A DNA stretch of 64,000 nucleotides from an uncultured Holophagales bacterium (GCA_964561935.1 CAZLQX010000003.1:66848-130847), one strand, 5' to 3'. Shown: positions 27,749-37,378, numbered from the stretch's first letter. Notes: a model not told the origin generated them from the sequence alone. Translations and numbers: made by a program.

Positions 27749-29808
27749 GACGGCCCCCGGCGACCCGCCCCGGACGCGCGTTCGGCGTCGCGGCGGCGGT
27801 GGCCCTCGTGGCCGCGTCGCTCTGGCTTCCGGCGGGGCTTCCCCTCGTCGCGCTGGCGGACTTCGACCACGACGACGCCCTCTACGTGAGGCTCGGGAGC
27901 CACCTGGCCCGGGCCGAATGGCTGGGGCCCTACGACGAGTCGACGCTCGCGAAGGGGCCCGGCTTTCCGCTCTTCGTCGCGGCGGCCTATCGTGCCGGCA
28001 TCCCGCTCCTCCTCGCGGGCCGGCTGCTGTTCGCGGCGGCGAGCGGGCTGCTCGTCCTCGCGCTGCTGCCCCTGTTCCGGGGAAGGACCGTGCCGCTCCT
28101 GCTCTTCGCCGCGCTCCTCTTCAACCCCGTCGTCGTCACGCGGGCGGCGAGAGAGGTCGTCTACCCGTCGCTCACCCTCCTGGCGCTGGCCGGCGCGGCG
28201 GGGCTCTACCTGGCGTTTCCAGCGTCCCGATCGCGGGCGGCCGCATGGGCGGCCCTGTGCGGCCTCGGGCTCGGCGCGCTCTGGCTGACGCGCGAAGAGG
28301 GGGTCTGGATCGCCCCGGCCGTCGGGACCCTCCTGGCGGCGACGGCCGTCCGAACGGCGGTCCTGCACGGAAGGACGCGCCCGCTGGGCGAAGCGGCGCT
28401 CCTGTCGCTGCTCCCTGCCGGGATCCTCGGAGCCGTCCTCCTCGCGGTGGCCCTCGTGAACCTTCGGGTCTACGGCTCTTTCGCGGTGCGCGAGTCGTCG
28501 GGCGGGCCGTTCCTGGCGGCCTACGGCTCACTCGCGCGCGTCCTCCCGCTCCGTCCCGTTCCGCGGGTCCCGGTCCCGCGCGAGGCGCGGCTCCGCGCCT
28601 ACGCCTGGAGCCCGGCCCTGAGGTCCCTCGAGCCGCACCTCGAGGGAGACGTCGGCCGAGCCTTCGCCGCCGCGAGCGAAGCGCTCATGCCCGAGGCGAA
28701 GGGCGAGATCGGTGCGGGGTGGCTCCAGTTCGCCCTCCGCGAGTCCGCGGCGAAGACGGGCCGGTACCGCGACGCCCGGACGGCCGCAGCGTTCTGGGAG
28801 CAGGTGCGGCGCGAGCTGGACGACGCCTGCGACCAGGGCCGGCTCGCGTGCGGGCCGAACCTCGGGTCGATGACGCCGCCGGACGCGGCGTCACAGCTCC
28901 CTGCCGTCCTCGCGGACCTCCCGCGCAGCCTCGGCGTTCTCGTCTCGTCGGTGGACTCGGCCCCTGCGTTGAGGGATCCGGGTGCGAGCCGCGGGCCGAA
29001 GGCCGGCCGCGTCCTCTTTGCCCGCCTGACGCGCGAGCGGCTCGCGCCGGCGCCGGACGAGCCGCGCTGGATCCGTCTCCACGGCTGGGCCTTCCGAAGG
29101 GGGATCGGACCCGTCGAGTGGAGAGTCCGGAACGCGAAGGGCGCGGCCGTTCCGTTCGGAGTCCGCCGCACGGCGAGCGAGGACGTCGCCGCCGCCCTGG
29201 GGGCGCCGGAGGCGCGGGACGCGAGGGTCGAGCTCCTGGCCTCCTGTCCGGGGCCCTGCGTCGTGGAAGTCACCGACTCCGGACGACCGCTCGTGTGGTT
29301 CGACCCTTCTTCGCCTGGAGTGCGGACGGGCAACCCTCCGTCTTCCCTTGCGTTGAGCGTCGACGGCGTCGAGATCGTCTCGCCGGCTGCTTCACCCGGG
29401 GACTACGAGAGGGACCAGTGGCGACGAGACGCCTTGCGACGGGTCGCGGCCGCCTACCGCACGATCCTGACGACCGCCTTTCCGGCCGCCGTGCTGCTCT
29501 TCGCGCTCGCGGCGGGGATCACGGTCGTGCGCCGCTGCGACGCCCGTGCCGTAGTCGTGACCGGCGCCCTGCTCGCGGGCGTCCTCTCGCGCGTGGTGCT
29601 GCTCGACCTCGTCGAGCGGACCGCTTTCCCCGCGCTCCACTGTCTCTATCTCTCGCCGGCCTATCCCCTGCTCTACGCGTTCGTCGTCCTCGCCGCGGTG
29701 GCGGCGGCCGCCTCGCTCCGCGGCCTCCCGGCGGCCGGCCGCCTCCGGCGCTACTTCTGGACGAAGGGGACGACCCTCGGCTTCACGAGACGCTCGAAGT
29801 CCGCGTAG
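27745..29808 (+). CDS. GT-C fold glycosyltransferase (ArnT/PMT-like, GT39/GT83-like) membrane protein
   Basis: GTG start overlaps the Kef stop (GTGA). The N-terminal loop DFDHDDALYVRLGSHLARAEWLGPYDESTLAKGPGFPLF resembles the ArnT/PMT DE-motif region. Multi-TM, with a large soluble domain. The family assignment is tentative. Confidence 0.55.
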   Translation: MRRPPATRPGRAFGVAAAVALVAASLWLPAGLPLVALADFDHDDALYVRLGSHLARAEWLGPYDESTLAKGPGFPLFVAAAYRAGIPLLLAGRLLFAAASGLLVLALLPLFRGRTVPLLLFAALLFNPVVVTRAAREVVYPSLTLLALAGAAGLYLAFPASRSRAAAWAALCGLGLGALWLTREEGVWIAPAVGTLLAATAVRTAVLHGRTRPLGEAALLSLLPAGILGAVLLAVALVNLRVYGSFAVRESSGGPFLAAYGSLARVLPLRPVPRVPVPREARLRAYAWSPALRSLEPHLEGDVGRAFAAASEALMPEAKGEIGAGWLQFALRESAAKTGRYRDARTAAAFWEQVRRELDDACDQGRLACGPNLGSMTPPDAASQLPAVLADLPRSLGVLVSSVDSAPALRDPGASRGPKAGRVLFARLTRERLAPAPDEPRWIRLHGWAFRRGIGPVEWRVRNAKGAAVPFGVRRTASEDVAAALGAPEARDARVELLASCPGPCVVEVTDSGRPLVWFDPSSPGVRTGNPPSSLALSVDGVEIVSPAASPGDYERDQWRRDALRRVAAAYRTILTTAFPAAVLLFALAAGITVVRRCDARAVVVTGALLAGVLSRVVLLDLVERTAFPALHCLYLSPAYPLLYAFVVLAAVAAAASLRGLPAAGRLRRYFWTKGTTLGFTRRSKSA

Positions 29809-30215
29809 CGGAGCTTCATCAGCTCCGTGTGCGTCCCCGCGTTGAAGGCGATCTCGTCGTCCTCGGCGAGCTTCGGGGCGACGTAGACGTCCATCCCGTA
29901 GAGGTTGCCGAACGGCGGCATCGCGCCCGCCTCGCAGTCGGGGAAGAGCTCACGGAACTCGGCCTCGCTCGAGAGGACGACCGTCGCGCCGCCGGTCACC
30001 TCGCGGAGGACCTGGAAGTCGACGCGCTGCGAGGCGGGGAGGACGACCATCACCGGCTTGCCGTCGACCTTCACCATGACGGTCTTCGCGAGGTCGCGCC
30101 CCTTCACGTGGGCCGAAGCGGCGATCTCCTGCGCCGTGTAGGCCGGCGAGTGGACGACGGAGACCCAGCGGACGCCGTTCTGGTCGAGGAACTCCTTCAG
30201 CTTCCGTACGGGCAT
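29751..30215 (-). CDS. YbaK/ProX-type aminoacyl-tRNA deacylase (tRNA_edit domain)
   Basis: 154 aa. Contains KTVMVKVDGKPVMVVLPAS…GAMPPFGNLYG, which is characteristic of PF04073. Confidence 0.75.
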   Translation of the reverse strand: MPVRKLKEFLDQNGVRWVSVVHSPAYTAQEIAASAHVKGRDLAKTVMVKVDGKPVMVVLPASQRVDFQVLREVTGGATVVLSSEAEFRELFPDCEAGAMPPFGNLYGMDVYVAPKLAEDDEIAFNAGTHTELMKLRYADFERLVKPRVVPFVQK

Positions 30216-30341
30216 GGGACCCTCCTTTCCGGCCGGTCGGGGCGCACCCCGTCCGGCCCGTTCGCGGGCGCTCGCGGGGAGCCGGTGTGGTGCGGCGCGC
30301 TCATGCCGTCACCTCCGAGCCTGGGCGGGTGCGAGGGAATT

Positions 30342-31556
30342 CTATGACGGGGCGCGAAGGGTCGCCGCGCTCCGGGCGAGCCGCTCGAGCTGGATCTCCT
30401 CGAGCGCCGCAGCGAGCTCGGGGCGCTGCGCGAGGAGGCCGAGGAGGTCCGCGGCGGGGAGCTGCAGGAGCTCGGTCTCGGAGACGGCCGTGACCGTCGC
30501 CGTCCGCGTCCGCGAGCGCGTCCCGGCGAGGTCGCCGAAGAAGTCGTGCGGCGTCAGGAGCGCGAGGGCGGCGTCCCTGCTGCCGCGCCGCACGGTGACG
30601 CGGACGGCGCCGCGCTTCACGAGGAAGAGCCCGGCGTCCGCCGCCCCCTCGCGGACGACGACCTCGCCGGCCCGGACGGCGAGGGGGCGGAGGCGGCGGG
30701 CGAGGGCGTCGCGGTCGGCGCGGGGGAGGCGGCCGAAGAGGCGTGATCGCGCGAGGACGCCGTCGAGGACCCGCTCGGCGAAGAGGCGCGAGAGGGCGTC
30801 GGCGACGTGGCGGTGCTTCCGGACGACCGGGGCGAGGGCGTTCCGGTCGAGCTCGAGGAGGTCGGAGCGGACACGGGCGGTGACGGTCGCCGTGCGCGGC
30901 ACTCCGCTCAGGAACGAGATCTCGCCGGCGACGTCGCCCGGACCGAGGAGCCCGAGGAGGACGGGAACGCCCGCGTCCCCCTTCGCCGAGACGAGGAGCT
31001 CGCCGGAGGCGACGAAGAGGAGCGTGCTGCCGGCGTCTCCCTCCGCGAAGAGGCGCTCGCCGGGCTCGAGCGCGAGGAGCCGGATCTTCTCGAGGACGAG
31101 CTCGAAGAGGAACGGCGGCACGTCCTTCAGGAGCGGGATCCCGCTCGTGACGTCCCGGACCTTCGCCGCCTTCCGGCGGCGGGCGGCGACCTCCTCGGGG
31201 GGCGGCCCGCCGAGGGGAGGCGGGGGCTCGGTCGAGGCCTTCGCGGTCGCCTCGAGGATCTTCTTCAGCTCGATGTGCGAGAGGAAGCTCGACGTCACCT
31301 CGGCCTTCGGGTCGAGCGCCTCGACCTTCTTGTAGACGGCGATCGCCTCGACGAGACGCCCTGCCTTCTGGAGACGCGGCCCCGCGCGGTTCAGGACCTG
31401 GACGGCCTCGTGCCGCTCGCCGGAGGCCGCCAGGGCGTCGGCGAGGCGAAGGACGGCCGCCGCGTCCCCCGGCTCCTCGCGCAGGCGCCTGCGGCACTCC
31501 TCGACCGTCGCCCGGAGCCGGGCGTCTCCGCCCGCGCGGCCCTCGAACAGCGGCAC
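30342..31556 (-). CDS. TPR-like N-terminus plus tandem cyclic-nucleotide-binding (cNMP) domain protein
   Basis: Two CAP-family cNMP domains are present (GDAGSTLLFVASGELLV…GPGDVAGEISFL and GAADAGLFLVKRGAVRV…FFGDLA). The start is uncertain: GTG 31556 is chosen here; the longer ATG 31670 would add a low-complexity extension. Confidence 0.65.
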   Translation of the reverse strand: MPLFEGRAGGDARLRATVEECRRRLREEPGDAAAVLRLADALAASGERHEAVQVLNRAGPRLQKAGRLVEAIAVYKKVEALDPKAEVTSSFLSHIELKKILEATAKASTEPPPPLGGPPPEEVAARRRKAAKVRDVTSGIPLLKDVPPFLFELVLEKIRLLALEPGERLFAEGDAGSTLLFVASGELLVSAKGDAGVPVLLGLLGPGDVAGEISFLSGVPRTATVTARVRSDLLELDRNALAPVVRKHRHVADALSRLFAERVLDGVLARSRLFGRLPRADRDALARRLRPLAVRAGEVVVREGAADAGLFLVKRGAVRVTVRRGSRDAALALLTPHDFFGDLAGTRSRTRTATVTAVSETELLQLPAADLLGLLAQRPELAAALEEIQLERLARSAATLRAPS

Positions 31557-31668
31557 GACGCCATCGTACGCCGGACCGGGAACGCGAGGCGTCTGCGCCG
31601 GTCGTGCTGCGGCGCAGTAAGATCGCGTCGGCGTCGTCCCCGGCCGGGGCGCGCCCGAGGAGGACGGC

Positions 31669-31860
31669 ATGAAAGCGGCGCTCCGTTCGACGGACCGGGA
31701 CTCGAAGCGCCCCGCCGTGCCCCCCGTCGGCGCCTGCTCGCGCTGCCCGGCCTGCGGGAGCGAGGAGTGCCGGGTCCTCGAGGAGCTCGGCACGTACTGC
31801 CAGACGATGGCGGCCGCGGGCGCGGTGCCGGGAAGCCGCGGAGCCCGGCGGAGGGTGTGA
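31669..31860 (+). CDS. small Cys-rich zinc-ribbon-like protein (63 aa)
   Basis: GGAGG lies 5 nt upstream of the ATG. Contains the CSRCPACG knuckle plus 2 further Cys. It lies upstream of the diguanylate cyclase on the same strand. Its ATG shares a CATG with the alternative cNMP-gene start. Confidence 0.3.
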   Translation: MKAALRSTDRDSKRPAVPPVGACSRCPACGSEECRVLEELGTYCQTMAAAGAVPGSRGARRRV

Positions 31861-31903
31861 GGCCCCGCCGGAGCCGGCCGGCCCGCGCCTATCATCGGAA
31901 GCG

Positions 31904-33112
31904 TTGAGCCTCACGCTTCTCCTCTCCCGGGCCGCTTCGCCGGACTCTGTGCAGGTCTTCGCGCCGGTCCTCACCTCCGAGCTCGCGGTCCCCGCGGCCT
32001 CCGCGGTGGCGATCGCCACGCTCGGCCTCGTCGCGCTCCTCTTCTGGGCGCGCGACCGCGTACGCCGGGACCTCCTCCTCTACGCGCTCCTCGCGGCGGG
32101 GCTCGCGGCGTACCTCCTCGCGTCGCTCCCGGTCTGGACGTCCCCGCCCGCGCGGGTCGCGGCGACTCTCGCCGTCCTCCTGCCGCCGCTCGCCTGGCTC
32201 CTCCTCCTCCTCTTCCTCGAGGTCCCCCGCTCGGCCGCGCGGCTCGCCCTCCTCGCGGTTCCTCTCGCGGGTCTCGTCGCGACGTTCGCGGGGCCCCGCA
32301 ACGCGCCGGCCGCCGCGTGGGCCGGCGCAGCCTCGCTCGTCGTCTTCGGCGGCGCGGCGCTCGTCGACCTCGCGAGGCTCCGTCGTCCGGACGGCGCGCT
32401 CCTCTTCGCCGCGACGGCGGCGCTCCTGCTCGCGGCGCTCTTCGACGCGGCGGCCGGGAGCGGCGTCCTCCTCCCGGGAGCCCGGGTGACGCCGCTCCTC
32501 GGGCCCGCCTTCCTCCTCTTCACCGCACTCCTCCTCGTGGCCGTCGCCGACCAGGGGCGGCGCCTCTTCGAGCGGGCGACGACGGACGCCCTCACGGGGC
32601 TGCCGAACCGCGCGACGTTCCTCGAGCGGGCGCGCCGCGAGCTCGCGCGCGCCGAGAGAAGCGGCGGCTCGCTCGCCCTCGCGATGCTCGACATCGACCA
32701 CTTCAAGCGGTTCAACGACCGCTACGGCCACCAGGCCGGGGACCGCGTCCTCGCCCAGGCGGGGCGCGCCGTCGCCGGCGCCGTCCGCGGGATCGACCTC
32801 GCGGGGCGCTACGGCGGGGAGGAGCTCGTCGTCCTCCTCGTCGACGTCGAGGGGGAGGCGGCGGTCGCCGCGGTGGACCGGGTGCGAGGGGCGATCTCCG
32901 AGGTGCGGATCCCCCACGTCCCGGACGCCGTGACGGCCTCGGCCGGGGTCGCGCTCCACAGCGGCGCGTTCGACAGGGCGGACGTCGCGGCGCTCATCCG
33001 CCGGGCCGACGCCGCGCTCTACCGGAGCAAGGAGGCGGGCCGGAACCGGACGACCGTCGAGCCGCGCGGCCCGGAGCGCCCCGCTTCCCCGGCCGAGGTC
33101 CTCTACCGCTGA
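31904..33112 (+). CDS. membrane-anchored diguanylate cyclase (GGDEF, GGEEL variant) with I-site
   Basis: A 6-7 TM N-terminal domain is followed by GGDEF (RYGGEEL), with an RGID I-site 5 residues upstream. Confidence 0.85.
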   Translation: MSLTLLLSRAASPDSVQVFAPVLTSELAVPAASAVAIATLGLVALLFWARDRVRRDLLLYALLAAGLAAYLLASLPVWTSPPARVAATLAVLLPPLAWLLLLLFLEVPRSAARLALLAVPLAGLVATFAGPRNAPAAAWAGAASLVVFGGAALVDLARLRRPDGALLFAATAALLLAALFDAAAGSGVLLPGARVTPLLGPAFLLFTALLLVAVADQGRRLFERATTDALTGLPNRATFLERARRELARAERSGGSLALAMLDIDHFKRFNDRYGHQAGDRVLAQAGRAVAGAVRGIDLAGRYGGEELVVLLVDVEGEAAVAAVDRVRGAISEVRIPHVPDAVTASAGVALHSGAFDRADVAALIRRADAALYRSKEAGRNRTTVEPRGPERPASPAEVLYR

Positions 33113-33170
33113 GGCGAGGAGCGGCCCGCGCGCGGTCCGCCCGCGGGCCCGCTGGTAAGATCGTCGTTCA

Positions 33171-33641
33171 ATGGCCGCCGACACCGGCATCCGGGACGTC
33201 GTGACCGGGCTCTACGTCCGCGAGTACTTCGACGACGTCATCGCCCGCGAGCTGGAGCGGTCGCGCCGCCACGGGATCGTGCTCTCGGTCGTCGCGGCCG
33301 TCCTCGCGAACCTCTCCGAGATCGGCGCCGCGGGCGAGGAGACGCGCGACGCGGTCCTCGGCGAGACGGCGAAGGAGCTCCAGCGGAACGTCCGCGAGAC
33401 GGACCACCTCTTCCGCTGGGAGGACGACGAGCTCCTCGTCCTCCTCTTCGGCGCGGACGCGGCCGCCTGCGCGCTCAAGGTGGAGCAGCTCGACGGGATC
33501 TTCCGGCCGTGGCGCGAAGGCGCCGGGCCCGTCGCCGTCCCCGTGAAGGTCCGGATCGGCGGGGCGACGCACGAAGAGGGGCTCGTCTTCGCCACGGTCC
33601 TTCAGGCCGCTCGAGAGACGGCCCGCGCGCCGCACCGCTGA
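33171..33641 (+). CDS. stand-alone degenerate GGDEF-like domain protein (RWEDDE in place of GGDEF; RxxD I-site retained)
   Basis: 156 aa with GGDEF-fold motifs (TGLYVREYFDD…RETDHLFRWEDDELLVLL). Confidence 0.65.
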   Translation: MAADTGIRDVVTGLYVREYFDDVIARELERSRRHGIVLSVVAAVLANLSEIGAAGEETRDAVLGETAKELQRNVRETDHLFRWEDDELLVLLFGADAAACALKVEQLDGIFRPWREGAGPVAVPVKVRIGGATHEEGLVFATVLQAARETARAPHR

Positions 33642-34220
33642 TCAGAGCGGGAAGCCGACGCGCGCCCCGAGCCGCCGGACGAGGCGGAACGGGAGGCCGA
33701 TGACGTTCGAGGGAGTCCCCCAGATCCGCTCGACGAAGAGCCCGCCGAGACCCTGGAGGGCGTAGGCACCCGCCTTGTCGGCCGGCTCGCCGGAGGCGAC
33801 GTAGGCGTCGACCTCCTCGTCCGTCATCGGCGCGAAGACGACCTCCGTCGTCTCGCGGCCCGAGACGATCTCGCCGTCCCGCGCGAGGGCGACGCCCGTC
33901 ACGACGTCGTGGGCGCGGCCGCGGAGGGCCCGGAGCATCCGGCGGGCGTCCTCGTCGTCGCGGGGCTTCCCGAGCGCGGCGCCGTCGAGGACGACGATCG
34001 TGTCGGCGGCGAGGACGACGGCGCCGGCCGGGGCCGTCGCCGCCACGGCGGCGGCCTTCGCGCGGGCGAGGCGCTCGGCGGCGTCGTGCGGGTCCTCTCC
34101 CGGGAGGAGCTCCTCGTCGACGTCCGCGGGACGGACCCGGGGCTCGAGGCCGAGGGCCCGGAGGAGGGCGAGGCGGCGCGGCGAGGCGGACGCGAGGAGG
34201 AGCGGTGGCCGGTGCGTCAC
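33642..34220 (-). CDS. maf: Maf-like nucleoside triphosphate pyrophosphatase
   Basis: GTG start (VTHRPPLLLASASPRR…). Maf motifs LASxSPRR and …GEPADKAGAYALQG are present. Confidence 0.75.
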   Translation of the reverse strand: MTHRPPLLLASASPRRLALLRALGLEPRVRPADVDEELLPGEDPHDAAERLARAKAAAVAATAPAGAVVLAADTIVVLDGAALGKPRDDEDARRMLRALRGRAHDVVTGVALARDGEIVSGRETTEVVFAPMTDEEVDAYVASGEPADKAGAYALQGLGGLFVERIWGTPSNVIGLPFRLVRRLGARVGFPL

Positions 34221-34249
34221 GGGGGCGAAGTCTACGAAAGGGGCGCGGC

Positions 34250-37200
34250 CTACGGGTAGTAGCCGCTGATCGTCCGCGCCTCGAGGTCTCCCGGCGAGAC
34301 CTTCACCTCGACCTTCCGCCACTTGTCCCCCTTGCGTGCCGGGGGGACGTAGGTGAGGAGGTACTGGCTCCGGAGCTCCTCGTCGATCTCCTTGTAGACG
34401 CCCGCGAGGGCCTTCGCCGAGTCGACGTAGTAGACGGTCCCGCCGGTCTCGCGCGCCATCCGGTTCATCTTCGTCCGGACGTCGAACTGCGTCCCGGGGA
34501 CCTTCAGGGCGATGAAGTAGATCGCGACGCCCGACTTGCGGGCGTAGTCGAGCGCGGCCTCGTAGGCGAACTTCGAGGCGCGGTCCGCGCCGTCCGTCAG
34601 GAGGACGTACGCCTTCCGCCCCTTCGTCCCCTGGTACTGGTAGAGGCCGTAGACGACGGCGTCCCAGAGCGACGTCGAGCCCTGGGCCCTGAGGCCCGCG
34701 AGCGCCTGCGCGAGGCGGTCCCGGTCCGTCGTGAAGCGGGCGGCGAGCTGCGGCTCGTTGTCGAACGTGACGAGGAAGCAGCGGTCGCGGGGCGTCATGA
34801 CGCTCCGCAGGAAGTCGTTCGCGGCCTTCTGCGCCTCGGGGAGCGTCTCCTCCATCGAGCCCGAGGTGTCGACGCCGAGGCCGAGCGCGAGGGGGAGGTT
34901 CGTGACGACCTCGAAGCCGTCGACGGCCTGCTCGACGCCGTCCTCGAAGACCCGGAAGCTCGAGCGCGCGAGCCCCGTGACGGGACGCCCCTTCTGGAAG
35001 ACCGAGGTGTAGAGCTCGACGGCCTGGACGTCGACCTCGGAGAGGTACTTCGGGGCGTTGAAGTAGCGGACGTCCTCGCTGACGCTCCCGTCCTCGAGCG
35101 TCGCGACGACGCGGAGGAAGCCGATCTCCTTCTGCCTCGGGACGTCGACGACCTGCTGGAAGGGGGGCTGGTAGAGCGTCGCGGCGCGCGTCTCGTTGAC
35201 GAAGAGCTCGAGCTTCTGGAGCTTCTTCGTCTCGGGGACGGCGAGGTCCGCGACGACGCGGACGGGCCCGGCGAGAGGCGCGCCCTTCTCCGGGGCGGTG
35301 ATCCGCACCCGGAAGGCCTCGCGCCCCTCGTTCAGGACGAGCTCGTCCTCGGAGAGGAGCCGCCCGTCCTTCGAGTAGCCGAGGACCTTCACGGTCCGCT
35401 TCCGCGGGAGCTCGCCGAGGTCGAGGTCGGCCTCGAAGGGGGGGCGGCGGTCCGTGACGACCTTTCGCCCGTCGAGGAAGAACTCCGCCGAGGCGACGTC
35501 GTCCGAGGTCGAGCGCGTCTCGAACCGGACGACGCCTGTCGCGAACTCCCTCGCGATCGGGAGGAGCGAGAGCGAGCCCCGCTCGTTCGGCTCGGCGACG
35601 AGGCGCGCGAGGGCCGCCTTCGCCGCCTCGCGGGCCGCCTTCTCCTCCGGCGTGAGGCTCTGGTCGGGCGACTCCGGGACGACGACCTTCTCGTCGAGGA
35701 GGGCGGCGGCATTGCGGTTCGCGTCCGCGATCTTCACCTTGAGCCGGTACTCGCCCGGGTAGAGGTAGCGCTCGATGTTGAGCGGGAGGAACGCCCCCGT
35801 CACCGTCGAGGACGGGAAGTCGAACCGGTACCGGAAGTTGTCGACGAGCTTCCCCCCCTTGACGACCTCGCCGACGACGTCGAGGTCGTAGAAGCTCTCC
35901 TCGCCGAGCACCTTCGTCCCGAGGGTCTCGCGCTCGAGGAGGACGGAGAGCTCGAGCCGGATCTTGCTCGCGACCATCTCGGGGAAGCGGAGGACCCGCT
36001 GCACGGGGAGCCGCGCGGCGGACGGGTCGAGGTCCGTCGTCATGAGAAGGATCTTGTCGACCCCCTCGACGTCGGGCTTCGGCCCCGTCTTCAGCTCGTC
36101 GATGAGCTTCTGCGCCCCCATCGTCCCGAAGATCCCGGCGGACGTCGCCATCGCGGCCTGGATCTCCCGCCACTCCTGGCAGCGGGTCGGGTCGACGGTC
36201 CGCGCCGTCCCGGCGCCGCCGAGGCCGGCGATGCCGCCGGCGATGAGCGCCTGGGGACCGTCGAGCGGGGTCCAGAGCCGGTAGTCGCCGATGCCGAACG
36301 GCTGGTAGAAGAGGAGGCTCACCTTGCTCATCCGGAGCGACTCGAGGCGCTCGTAGTACCAGATCTCGACGGGGTTGTAGATGTCCTGGCAGTCGATCTT
36401 CCGGAAGCCGTCCGGAGGGCCGTTGATCAGGAAGACCCGGCCCTGGTCGCTGTTGATCGACCGGTAGCGCTCCTTGACGGTCTGGAGCCGCAGCTCGTAG
36501 ACGTCGCGGAATGCGACGCGCTGGCCGTCCTCGTCGACGGAACGGCGTTTCCAGAAGTCCTCGACGAAGCGGTCCCGCTGGTAGTCGGAAGCGAGGCGGA
36601 GGAAGGTCGCCTCCTCGAGCTCCGTCAGGATCGGCTCCACGTCGGCGAGGAACTGCCGGTAGCGGTCCGGGAGCGCGTCGAGCGCCTGCTTTCGCTCCCG
36701 GGCCGACATCCGCTTCGCCCCCAGGACGAGCGGGGCGGGCGCGCCGGCCGGGGCGGAGGCCGTCGGGCCGGAGAGCGGGACCGCGAGGGCCGCCCTCTCG
36801 CGCAGGCCTCCCGTCGTGTCCCCCTGCCGCTTGCCGATCGAGCGGTAGGCGGCCTGGACGAGGCCGGTGTCCGCGCAGCCGAACGCTCCCTCGGCGAGGG
36901 CGTCGAGCGGCTTGTCGGCCTGTGACTTCGGCGCGAGGAGGGCCGATTCCCCCTCCAGGACCGTCCAGTAGCGGCCGATCCCGGTGCCGGGCTCGGGGAA
37001 GAAGATCATCCGCGCGTTCGATCCGAGGAGCCGGTGGGAGAGGTAGGTCCAGACCTCGATCCGGGCGAAGAGGTTCGGGCAGGAGACGATCCTGCGGGCA
37101 TCGGGACCGCCGCCGGAGGCGACCCAGACCGCGGCGCGGTCGTCGTCGAGGCGTCCGAAGAGCGTCATCGCCTCGGCGCGCAGCGCGCGCGCCGCGTCGG

Positions 37201-37378
37201 GTGCCTCGTCCGTGACGTCGACCCCCTTCGAGGGGTCCGCGGGCGGGGCAGGCCGCTCCGGGGCCGGAACGGGAGCCGGGGTCGGGGGCGGGCCGCCGGC
37301 GGGCGGCGTCTGCGCCGCCGAGCCGGCCGCGACGAGCGCTGCCAGCGCGAGCCATCGAGCGTTCGACCGGACCGTCAC
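34250..37378 (-). CDS. large secreted GWxQ-domain / von Willebrand factor A (VWA) protein
   Basis: GTG start with AAGGAGG 5 nt upstream, then a signal peptide. Central region has FWKRRxVDEDGQ…IWYY. The C-terminal VWA has MIDAS motifs DTSGSM…LLTDGAD. Confidence 0.75.
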   Translation of the reverse strand: MTVRSNARWLALAALVAAGSAAQTPPAGGPPPTPAPVPAPERPAPPADPSKGVDVTDEAPDAARALRAEAMTLFGRLDDDRAAVWVASGGGPDARRIVSCPNLFARIEVWTYLSHRLLGSNARMIFFPEPGTGIGRYWTVLEGESALLAPKSQADKPLDALAEGAFGCADTGLVQAAYRSIGKRQGDTTGGLRERAALAVPLSGPTASAPAGAPAPLVLGAKRMSARERKQALDALPDRYRQFLADVEPILTELEEATFLRLASDYQRDRFVEDFWKRRSVDEDGQRVAFRDVYELRLQTVKERYRSINSDQGRVFLINGPPDGFRKIDCQDIYNPVEIWYYERLESLRMSKVSLLFYQPFGIGDYRLWTPLDGPQALIAGGIAGLGGAGTARTVDPTRCQEWREIQAAMATSAGIFGTMGAQKLIDELKTGPKPDVEGVDKILLMTTDLDPSAARLPVQRVLRFPEMVASKIRLELSVLLERETLGTKVLGEESFYDLDVVGEVVKGGKLVDNFRYRFDFPSSTVTGAFLPLNIERYLYPGEYRLKVKIADANRNAAALLDEKVVVPESPDQSLTPEEKAAREAAKAALARLVAEPNERGSLSLLPIAREFATGVVRFETRSTSDDVASAEFFLDGRKVVTDRRPPFEADLDLGELPRKRTVKVLGYSKDGRLLSEDELVLNEGREAFRVRITAPEKGAPLAGPVRVVADLAVPETKKLQKLELFVNETRAATLYQPPFQQVVDVPRQKEIGFLRVVATLEDGSVSEDVRYFNAPKYLSEVDVQAVELYTSVFQKGRPVTGLARSSFRVFEDGVEQAVDGFEVVTNLPLALGLGVDTSGSMEETLPEAQKAANDFLRSVMTPRDRCFLVTFDNEPQLAARFTTDRDRLAQALAGLRAQGSTSLWDAVVYGLYQYQGTKGRKAYVLLTDGADRASKFAYEAALDYARKSGVAIYFIALKVPGTQFDVRTKMNRMARETGGTVYYVDSAKALAGVYKEIDEELRSQYLLTYVPPARKGDKWRKVEVKVSPGDLEARTISGYYP

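Noticed and set aside
24571-29808. 1745-aa ORF 24571-29808 plus, and 24590-27700 minus (1036 aa)
   Set aside because: The first 3.1 kb of the plus-strand ORF is out of frame with the OMP and Kef genes and is pure low complexity. Only its last 687 codons (from GTG 27745) form a coherent membrane glycosyltransferase-like protein. The minus-strand ORF is antisense to Kef.
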